From the human T2T-CHM13v2.0 reference genome, Homo sapiens, in assembly GCF_009914755.1 (NCBI RefSeq), contig NC_060941.1: 64,000 bases of DNA. One strand, 5' to 3'. Below, piece after piece: positions 46,220-57,029 of the stretch (position 1 is its first letter; every line of letters begins with the position of its first letter). The notes under the pieces are model-generated. The model ran no database searches, was not told where the DNA came from, and was given only the letters and a program-made list of their open reading frames with translations. Both the position numbers and the translations under genes were made by a program.

Positions 46220-49200
46220 GGCTCCACCTACCATCCCCCTTCTCCAGCAGTGACCATGTGGTGCAGAGAAATCTGTGTGCTTGGGGAAGGGAGGGCACAG
46301 CAATTGTGAGACTTTGCATTGAACTCAGTACTGCCCTGTTACAGTGAAAAGCAAAACCATGCTGAATCCAGCATATACCTGCCCATGGAGGCAGAATTTG
46401 GACCAGCCCTAGTGAGATGGAAATTGTCCATCCCAGCAGTTGAAACCTGAGTTTCAGCAAGCCTCGCCACTGTAGCTGAAGTGCTAGGGGGTTCTAAATA
46501 AACTTGAAAGGCATTCTAGGCCACAAGGACTGAAACTCCTAGGCAAGTCCTAGCGCTGAGCTGAGATCAGAGCCAGTAGGCTTGGAGGGCACACGACCTA
46601 CTGAGATACCAGCTGGGGCGACTAAGAGAGTGCTTGCACCACCCCTCCCCCAACCCCAGACAGTGTGACTCTCAGCTCCAAAAAGATCCCTTCCTTCCAT
46701 TTGAGGAGAGAAGAGAGAAGACTAAAGAGGACTTCTGTCTTGCATCTTGGATGTCAGCTCAGACACAGTAGGATAGCACATTGGTCAGGGTCATGAGACA
46801 CCCATTCCAGACCCTATCTCCTGGACAACATTTCTAGACACACTCTGGGCCAGAAGAGAAACTGCTGCCTTAAAGGGAAGGACCCAGTACTGGCAGGATC
46901 TATCACCTGCTGACTAAAGAGCCCTTGGTCCCTGAATAATCAGCAACGATACCCAGGTAATATGCCGTGGGTCTTGGGTGAGACTCTGCTGGCTTCAGGT
47001 GAGACTCAGCACAACCCCAGCTGTGGTGCATATAGGCAGAGACTCTTTCTGCTTGAGAAAAGCAGAGGGAAAAGTAAAGGGGACTTTGTCTTGCACCGTA
47101 GGTACCAGCTTAGCCACAGGGGTAGAGCAACAAGTAGGCCCTTGGACAGCATTTCTGGACCCAACCTGGGCCAGAGGGGAGTCCACTGTCCTGAAGAGTG
47201 AGTCCCAGACCTGGTAGCATTCACCACCAGTTGACTAAAGAGCCCTTGGGCTTTAAGTGAATATCAGCAATAGCTAACAGTACTCCCTGTGAACCCGTGG
47301 TTGTGTTGGCCACAGGGTCATCTCCTCTGCCTGTGGAAAAAGGAGGGAAGAATGGGAAGGACTGTGTCTCATGATTTGAGGGCCAGCTCAGTCCCAGTAG
47401 AATGGAACACCAGGTAGACTTCTAAGGTTTTCTTACTCCAGTCCCTGGCTCCTGGATAGCATCTGTGAACCCACCTAGGGCCTGGGGGAACTTGCCACTC
47501 TGAAGAAAAGAACACAGCTTGGCTGGCTTCACCACCTGTTGATTGTTTGAAAAGATAAACAAAATTGACAAACCTTTACCAGGCTACCTGAGAAAAAAAG
47601 GAGAATACCCAAATAAATGAAATCAGAGATGAAAAAGGAGACAATACAACTGATACTGCAGAAATTCAAAGGATCATTAGTGGCTACTATGAGCAACTGT
47701 ATGCCAATAAATTGGAAAATCTAGAGGAAATAAATTCTTAGACACATACAACCTACCAAGATTGAACCATGAAGAAACCCAAAACCCACACAAACCAATA
47801 AGAAGTAATGAGAACAAAGCCATAATAAAAAGTCTCCAGCAAAGAAAAGTCTGGGACCCGATGGCTTCACCACTGAATTCTACCAAACAGTTAAAGAAGA
47901 ACTAATATCAATCTTACCCAAACTATTCAAAAATTAGAGAAGGAGGGAATACTTACAAACTCATTCTATAAGGCCAGTATTACTGATACCAAAACCAAAG
48001 ACACATCAAAGAAAAAAAATTATGGACCAGTATCTCAGCAAAATACTAGCAAACTTAATTCAACAATACATTAAAAAGATCATTTATCATGACTAAGTGC
48101 TATTTATTTCAGGGATGCAAGGATGGTTCAACGTATGCAAATCAGTCAATGTGATACATCATATCAACAGAATGAAGGACAAATGCCATATGATCATTTC
48201 AACTGATGCTGAGAAAGCACTTAATAAAACTCATTATCCCTTCATGGAAAACTCCTCAAAAAACTGGGTATAGAAGGAACATACCACAACATAATAAAAT
48301 CCATGTATGACAGACCTACAGCTAGTAGCATACTGAGTAGGGAAACACTGAAAGCCTTTCCTCTAAGATCTGGAACACTATAAGGATCCTCACTTTCACC
48401 ATTGTTATTCAACATAGAAATCCTAGCTAGAGCAATTAGACAAGAGAAAGAAATAAAGGGCATCTAAATTGGAAAGGAAGAAGTCAAATTGTCCTTGTTT
48501 GCAGGTGATATGATCTTACATTTGAAAAAAACCTAAAGACTATACCAGATAACTATTAGAACTGATAAACAAATTCAGTAAAGTTGCAGGATACAAAATA
48601 AACATACAAAAATCAGTAGCATCTCTATATACCAATAGTGAACAATCTGAAAAAGATATAAAGTAATCCCACTTACAATAGCCACAAATAAAATTAAATA
48701 CCTAGGAATTAACCAAATAAATGAAAGATCTCTACAATAAAAACTATAAAATCATGATGAAAGAAATTGAAGAGCCAAAATATGGAAAGGGGAAATATAC
48801 CCATGTTCATGGATTGGAAGAATCAATATTGTTAAAATATCCATACTTCCCAAAGCAATCTACAGATTCACTGCAATCTCTATTAAAATATCAATGACAT
48901 TCTTCACAGAAATAGAAAAAACAATCCTAAAATTTATATAGAACCACAAAAGACCTATAATAGCCAAAGTTATCGGAAGCAAAAAGAACAAAACTGGAGG
49001 AATCACATTACCTGACCTCAAATTATACTACAGAGCTACAGGAACCAAAATAGCATGATACTGACATTAAAAACAGACACATAGACCAATGGAACAGAAT
49101 AGAGAACCCAGACACAAATACACACACCTAAAGTGAACTCATTTTTCACAAAGATGCCAAGAACATACACTAGGGAAAAGACATTCTCTTCAATAAATGG

Positions 49201-50760
49201 CACTGGGAAAACTGGATATCTATCCGCAGAACAATGAAACTAGACTCCTAACTCTTGTCACATATAAAAATCAAACGAAAATGGGTTAAAGACTCAAATC
49301 TAAGACTTCACACTGTGAAACTACTACAAGTAAACATTGGGTAAGATCTCCAGGACATTGATCTGAGCAAAAATTCATTGAGCAATACCCCACAAGCACA
49401 GGCAACTAAAGCAAAAATGGACAAATGGGATCACATCAAGTTAAAAAGCTTCTGCACAGCAAAGAACGCAATCAACAAAGTGAAAAGACAACCCACAAAA
49501 TGGGAGGAAATATTTGCAAATTAACCATCCAACAAGGGAGTAATAACCAGAACATATCAGGAGCTCCAACAACTCTATAGGGAAAAAAATCTAATAATCC
49601 TATTGAAAAATGGGCAAAAGATTTGAATAGTCATTTCTCAAAAGAAGACAAATGGCAAATAGGCATGTGAAAAGGTGCTCAACATCACTGATCATCAGAA
49701 AAATGCAAATCCAAACTACAATGAGATACCATCTCATCCAAGTTAAAATGGCTTTTATCCAAAAGACGGGCAATAACAAACGCTGGCAAGGATGTGAAGA
49801 AAAGGGAACCCTCAAACAGTGTTGGTGGGAATGTAAATTAGTACAACTATTATGGAGAACAGTTTGGAAGTTCCTCAGAAAACTAAAAATAAAGCTACCA
49901 CACAATTCAGCAATTCTACTCCTAAGTATTGACCCAAAAGAAAGGAAATCAGTATATCCAAGAGACATCTGCACTCCTATGTTTCCTGCAGCACTGTTTA
50001 AAATAGCTAAGATTTGGAAGAACTCTAAGCGTCCATCAGCAGATGAATGGATAAAGAAAATGATGTGCATATACACAATGGAGTACTATTCAGCCATAGA
50101 AAAGAATGAGATCCAATCACTTGCAACAACACGAATGGAACTTGAAATCATTACGTTAAATGAAATAAGCCAGGCAGAGAAAGACAAACATCACATGTTC
50201 TCACTTATTTGTGGCATCTAAAAATCAAAACAATTGTATTCTAAGAGCAGAAGGATGACTACCTGAGGAAGGGTGGTAGGAGGGAAGGGGTGAGGTGGGG
50301 AGAGTTAATGGGTACAAAAAAATTAGAATGAATAAGACCTACTATTTGATAACACAACAGTTATTATAGTCAATGATAACAATTGTACGTTTTTAAATAA
50401 CTTAAAGAATGTAACTGGATTGTTTGCAACTCAAAGGGTAAATGCTTGAGGGGATGAATACCCCATTCTCCATGGTGTGCTTATTTCACATTGCATGTCT
50501 GTATCAAAACATCTCATGTACCCCATAAATATACACATCCACTATGTACCTACAAAAATAAAATAAAATAAGATAAAAACTAATGAGCATAATTGGATTG
50601 TTGGTAACACAAAGGATAAATGCTTGAGGCGATGGATACCCCCATTTACCGTGATGTGATTATTAAACATTACATGCCTGTCTTAAAATATCTCATGTAA
50701 CCCATAAATATATACATCTACTATGTACCCACAGAAATTAAAAATTAATTTAAAAAAAAA
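46220..50760 (+). mobile_element. L1MA-type LINE-1 with a large internal deletion, antisense in SLFN11 intron 1
   Basis: Old L1 5' UTR (46220-47545) joined directly to mid-ORF2 (tttgaaaagataaac); ORF2 C-terminal ORF 49652-50221; two consecutive 3' ends. Confidence 0.8.
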
Positions 50761-51049
50761 GAAAAGAAAGGGAAATGGGCTGCGACAGATGTGCCCTCTT
50801 GGAAAACTAAAACTTAGAGCTCTTTGTCCTTCTGGGGTAGCACGTGTATTCTACAGATCTTGTCCAGAGGGAGACATTTTTCTCATTTCTCCCCCCTCTA
50901 GATTATAAATCTCCCCGCAGGGCAATGGCAATTCTAATTCTGCCTTTTAGTTTCTATATTAAGGAAAATAGTTTAGAGTGGTTGGTCGGTCACATAGACA
51001 GCTGTAGAACTAGTTTCTCAAGTTTAAAATACCAATAACTCTGAAACCT

Positions 51050-52600
51050 GAGATCTGCAGCCCTGGGAGCCACCAAGGTGCACTCAGTGGCCTTCTAGGC
51101 TTCGGTTCCTGCTCCGCGCCCCGCAGAAACCGCGGCTGGCTGGCCAGGGGCTCTTCCAACTTCCAGCGGGAGCAGGTGCACAGGTCAGGCCCGCCCCGCC
51201 CCTAATGCCTTCTACCCCCATTACCCACCCCCGCCCCGCCCGCCAGTCCTCCATAGTCCGCTTTTTAGGGAACCTGCTGAGCAAACTAGCTGGGCCCCCG
51301 GACAGGGGAGAAAAGCACAGATACCCCCACTCCACTCCACCCCCAGCCCCTCCGCACCCCTCCAGCCCCTCCCCACACCCCACACCCTGGCTGGGGTGGG
51401 GTGGGAAGGGTGCTGCTCCCTTCTCGAACCTGGCACTCGAGTTACAGCCCGACGCGGATTCGGCTGGGCTAGACCCTGAAGCACGGGTAGAAACGCAACT
51501 CCGGAGTCCCAGGCCGGGGGCAAGGACCCTCTCTGACCTCTCAAGCTCCAGCGCTTCCGAAGCCCCCTTAGCGTTTCCCTGGAGGCGCCCAGGTCGAGTC
51601 CTTATATACTAGCGGGTTGGCGCCATCCCACGCACATCCCACGCAGGAGATGCAAGAGCCAATGGGCGGGTCTGCTAAGCCCGCGAACTCTGCCGCGTTA
51701 AATTGCCTAGAAGCTCCCACCCTTCTGACTGTTGCCACGTAGTTCTTAGTTTCCGGGAATTTGGGGATTTTTTCCTCCCCCTTCTTCCCACCCTTCCTCC
51801 GTCTCCTCGCTCCCTCCATCCATCTCTCCCTCCCTATCATCTATCTATTCATCTATCTGGATTACAGCAAAACAAAGAATAAAGATTATGAAGAAAGAGA
51901 AGAACTTCCCAGGCCCAAGCAGCTGTCGGCTCCTGCGCTCCCAACGGGGTGGCCGTTTCCTTCCTCGCACCCTCTTCTCTCCCGGTGCCTGCGGTCCCAC
52001 CTTCCAGATACCCCTCGGAGAGTCCAGCTGAGCTCTCGCCAGAGCTTTCCCCTTCCAACCCGCTCGACTTGCCCAGATCCCAAGCTGGGCTTCTCTCTCC
52101 ATCGCCCCAGAAAGTGGGTCTTGGAGACCGAGGCAAGAATTTGGGCCTCCGCTTCTGTTCCAGACCCCGGACCCCTTGCCAAAATGCGGCAGATGTGCAG
52201 ATTGGGCCGCGCTTGGTTCCTGGCTGGGTTTATGGAGCCTGCGGCTGAGGCAGGCTCCGCAGACCCCGAGCCAGAGTGGGATTTAACGGCGGCCGGTGCG
52301 CTGTGCTTGGTCAACCCCGGTAACCGTCACGCTGCTAGTGATATGAAAAAAACCTGCCAGCGTTCTGCTTTTCTGCCCCGCTGCAGTCTTTAGCACCCGC
52401 CAGGATTCTGTCCGAGTGTTTGGATTTTGTAATCCTCCTGTCTTTGGCCAACTCCCCATCCTTGGCGGAGCGCTCGCCCTTGGCCGGGCTCCGTGCTGCC
52501 AGCCTTGCGGAACCCTAGGCCCGGGCGGCTCTGTCGGAGGCCCACTTCTCACTGATGCGGAGTGGCCCGAGGGTGGGAGCAGCGGTTAATGCCGCACTGA
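51050..52600. promoter_or_regulatory. SLFN11 CpG-island promoter
   Basis: GC/CpG-rich; minus-strand TATATAAG (51608-51601), CCAAT box (51659-51663), GC box (51664-51670), GAS TTCCGGGAA (51751-51759). Confidence 0.85.
51430..51580 (-). other. SLFN11: Probable SLFN11 first (non-coding) exon
   Basis: Starts about 25-30 nt downstream of the TATA box inside the CpG island; donor CAG|GTTCGA at 51429. TSS approximate. Confidence 0.55.
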
Positions 52601-53189
52601 TTAATACAGGCTCCAGTGAAAGCGAAAGTAAGAAAATAAAACGGATTTCATTATACATATACAATGTGTGTATGGATACATGTACATACATATTACACTT
52701 ATGTGTATGTTACGCACGTTTGTTAAAATGAGGTCATAATGTTCATGCTGTTTCATAACCCACTTTCTTTCAATGACCACCTTTTCATTTCAGTAAATCT
52801 TCGTATTCTCATGTTGCAGCTTCTCCATTTTTCTTTAACATGTTTACAGAGAGTCTGTGCAAACCTGTACCAAATCCAGAACCATGCATCTATAACGTGC
52901 TAAAAGATTGTCAACCTAGAATCCTATAACAACCACAAAAAAGGCCTACCTAAATGGAGGCAAAGTAATGACTTCAGACAAAAAAAAAAAAAAAGGAAAT
53001 CTGAAAATCTGAGGGAATTTGTCACCAGCCGATCTTTCTTATGAAAAAATATTAAAGGAAGTTCTTTAGCTGGAAGGAAAATGATACCTGAATGAAACTC
53101 AGATCTACAAAAAAGAATGAAGAGCACAGAAGATAGTAAATATGCAGATAAATATAAAAAATCTCTTTTTTACTGTTAAAATTATTCTT

Positions 53190-55703
53190 TTTTTACAATA
53201 TAACAAAATGTATTTTCATTGGATATTAATTATGAACCCACAATGCATGTAAACTAAATACAATACTTCAAATCATTCTGCACAAAGAAATTACAGATCA
53301 CATTTATTTAATAACAAAATGTCTAATTGTTTAATAAAATGTTTTTAGGAACTTACAATATAATTTTCAAAAACAAAGAATAAAAATATTAAATATATCA
53401 CTTTATGGCAGAGGACAACATAAATTTATTTCTGCAACACAGCAGGCAAACTTTTGTGCTAGAAACAGTGGAGAAAAAATTTAAAGCAAAAAGTCAGGAA
53501 ATGGATGTTCACAAATTTCTGGTTAACTGAGGCTCAATAGTTATTGTAAGAAACGGGCGTTTGAACATCAGATTTTAAAATAAAATATTTTAAATATTTT
53601 TATTTTATAATATTTTAAAGATTTTATTTATAAGATTTTAAAATTTTAAAATATTTTTATTTTATAAAAATAAAAACTTCCTCAAACACCAGAGTTTTTC
53701 ACCTCAGCAAATGTCTTTTCCTTTGATAATTCATAATCCTGCTGTTCATTTGTCACATATATGAATATCTGGTAACTTCATAAACAACTACCAATGGCAC
53801 ACTTCAAATGCTGAGTCTGTTGAATTTTCTTATATCTTTTTCCCCAATGAACCTAGAGCCTATAACAGAGAAGATACTGAAACATGCTAAGATAATAATT
53901 GGTCTTAGAGAGACTTCACAGCAAGTATTTAATGAAAGCCACTACATTTCCAGCTCTAAAAAGAGCCAGACAGACACAATCCCTGCTTCCAGAGTTCACC
54001 GTTCAGACAGAATACAGCAGGGCAAGCACTGATTCTGAATCATTATGAGCTTTGATTTCATCTTTCAAGATTTACATAGATACTGATTTCTTCTGGAAGG
54101 GCACATAAAATCTTCCCTTACACACATCATTCTTTGGATTCTCATAAGGGGTATTTTGAAGTCTGTATGTTGACAAGGCCAGTAGATACTTAGTTTTCTC
54201 TAATTGCCTTCTACTACTTAAGACTATGTCAAGTATTTTGTTTTCCCTTTCAGTTCTCCCCAACCTCTACCTTCTGCAGTGTTGTCTATCCAGTTGGCTT
54301 TTCTGTAACACTTTGCTACACTTTTCTGTTCCCCTTCACTGTTTTCCTCCGTTGCTTTCCTCCTTAACAGAAGCCTGGTCATCTAGGTTTCCCCATCTTT
54401 CCTTTCCTGGCTTCTTATTCACATGAGTGACTAATCTTAGCACTTCCTTAAAAGTTGGATCTTCAATAAATATAACTTGTCAGCACTTTCAATCTGCATC
54501 TCCTTGAGCTTTTTTTTTTTTTTGATCATCAGATCTTCTGTGCAATAATATTCTCTTCCTGAATGCTATTTAGAAATATTATCCTCAAAACACCAATGGT
54601 TTCTTGAAGATACTTGTTTTAAAAGTTGTATCAAAAGAGATTGATAAAGGAATCTATAACTCAGCAAAGGATGCTTCTACTGTATTGTGAATTCCCACCA
54701 TTACAAATATTGGATTCTGCAAGTCCAACATTAAAACCTGGTATGAGACATCAATTTATACACATAAGAGTTACATTATTATTTTAATTTTTTTGTGGAT
54801 ACTAAACTGAAATTTATATAATACATGAGGTTTTAATCTTAGAAAAAGTAAATGATAAAAATTTAATATAGTTAATTGTTCACTGATATGTCTATTGACT
54901 TCATCATAACCTATATATTTAATTAAAAATCAAACTATGAGTCTGCAAATCAGATGCTATCAAGCAAATTGCCATCCAGGATCCGTAATTCTTTGTATAT
55001 TTTTAAGTCAGATGAATATATAAGATTCAGTAAATTTTAATGTTCCAAATTGTTCTCAAAAAAAAAATTATCAGAACCTTGCAGTTAACACAGTTGGCTA
55101 ATTCATTTCCCCCCAATGAACTACCTATTTGTGTTGTGAGGTAGCAAAGACTATGATCTTCTGTGACAGTAGTAGCCTTAATTCTTATGCATTCCCTCTT
55201 CATATGAAGAGTATGAACAACAAAAAGGGACAGATGAGTCACCTTTCATTATTCATTGACTCTTAGTGTTTTCATAGTATGTTAAATGCCTGATTTCAAT
55301 TTTACAACAACAAAAAATACCAATATTTATTCTGAAAGGCAATCGTATGTTCCAAGTAGCAGATATTAACAACTTCCAACATGATCTCTAGGAATAATCC
55401 GCAGTTCTGAACCTTGTTTTAGAAAAACATTTCCAGCAGTCTGTGCAAGATTTATTCCTATTCCATCATTGGTAATAACTGCACTTGTTGCAGCAGGAGC
55501 TTTAAATTCTTCGGCTGCAAACTTTAAGACTGCTGTGAAAGGTGTACTTTCAGGAAAGTACAAAGTACACTGAGTACTTTGTATGGCAGCTGCGTGTCCG
55601 ATGTCAGCATGATCTTAAAGGAAACCTTCGACATGGTGGTACCAGGATGAATCTAGAACACACGCCAACTCTGCGGGGTAGCACGACTTCCTCCACTGTG
55701 CTG
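53190..55703 (-). pseudogene. UFM1P2: Processed UFM1 pseudogene (5' UTR, frameshifted CDS 55634-55366, long 3' UTR); likely UFM1P2
   Basis: [23 protein letters not shown] / [62 protein letters not shown]; intronless; 11-nt insertion (269 vs 258 nt); A-tail near 53190; 12-bp TSD aaaattattctt at 53178-53189 and 55704-55715. The P2 number is from memory. Confidence 0.93.
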
Positions 55704-56395
55704 AAAATTATTCTTAAAATAATTAAGTTTTTAAAGGAATAAAACTATGTATTGTGGTGCTTATAATAGAAATATTTTGTTTTTAGGAATAGAGGAAATG
55801 GGTGTGTATTGTTATAAAGCTCTTACATAATTCACAAAGTCATATGCTATGATTAAACTGTGGTAAGTTGAAGGTGCATATTGTAAGCCCTAGAGCTACC
55901 ACAGAAGAAATGGGAACAAAAACATATAGATAATAAACCAACAGAGGACTTTTCCTTATGACTCCTATTTTCTTCCTGTTTTTACAAAAATATTATTTTT
56001 CCTACCTGTTTTTGCTTTATAGACATGCAGTGGACTTTTTCCCCATAAGTTATTGGGGTACAGGTGGTATTTGGTTACATGAGTAAGTTCGTTAGCGGTG
56101 ATTTGTGAGATTTTGGTGCACGTATCATCCAGGCAGTATACACTGCAACATATTTGTAGTCTTTTAATCCCTTGTCCCCTTCCCACGCTTTCCCCAGAGT
56201 CCCCAAAGTCCACTGCATCATTCTTATGCCTTTGAGTCCTCATAGCTTAGCTCCCACGTATCAGTGAGAATATACAATGTTTGGTTTTCCACTCCTGAGT
56301 TACTTCACTTAGAATAATAGTCTCCAATCTCATCCAGGTCACTGCAAATGCTGTTAATTCATTCCTTTTATGGCTGTGTAGTATATATGTATGTA

Positions 56396-56405
<10 letters not shown>

Positions 56406-56462
<57 letters not shown>
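56406..56462. repeat. (TA)n, ~28 units
   Basis: Read directly. Confidence 0.95.
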
Positions 56463-56467
<5 letters not shown>

Positions 56468-57029
56468 AATACTACCGTGGTGTATATATACATATATCTC
56501 ACAGTTCCTTTATCCACTCATTGATTGATGGGCATTTGGGTTGGTATCATGATTTTCCAATTGCGAATTGTGCTGCTACAAACATGCGTGTGCAAGTATC
56601 TTTTTCAAATAATGACTTCTTCTCTGGATAGATACCCAGCAGTGAGATTACTGGATCCAATGGTAGTTCTAGTTTTAGTTCTTTAGGGAATCTCCACACT
56701 GTTTTCCATAGTGGCTATACTAGTTTACATTCTCACCAGCAGTGGAGAAGTGTTCCCTGTTCACTGCATCCATGCCAACATCTACTGTTTTTTGACTTTT
56801 TTGTTATGGCCATTCTTGCAGGAGTAAGGTGGTATCGCATTGTGGTTTTGATTTGCATTCCCTGATAATTATTGATGTTGAGTATTTTTTCATATGTTCA
56901 TTCACCATTTGTATATCTTTCCTTGTGAATTGTCTATTCATGTCCTTAGCCCACTTTTTGATGGGACTGTTTTTTTTCTTACTGATTTGTTTATGTTCAT
57001 TGTAGATTCTGAATATTAGTCTTTTGTCA

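Noticed and set aside
51205-52552. Several 85-210 aa ORFs in the promoter island
   Set aside because: Expected in stop-poor GC-rich DNA; Pro/Arg/Gly-rich, overlapping in several frames, no recognisable domain.
55366-55563. 65-aa UFM1-like ORF as a functional gene
   Set aside because: The start is a TTG created by the frameshifting insertion, and the N-terminal strands of the ubiquitin-like fold are missing.
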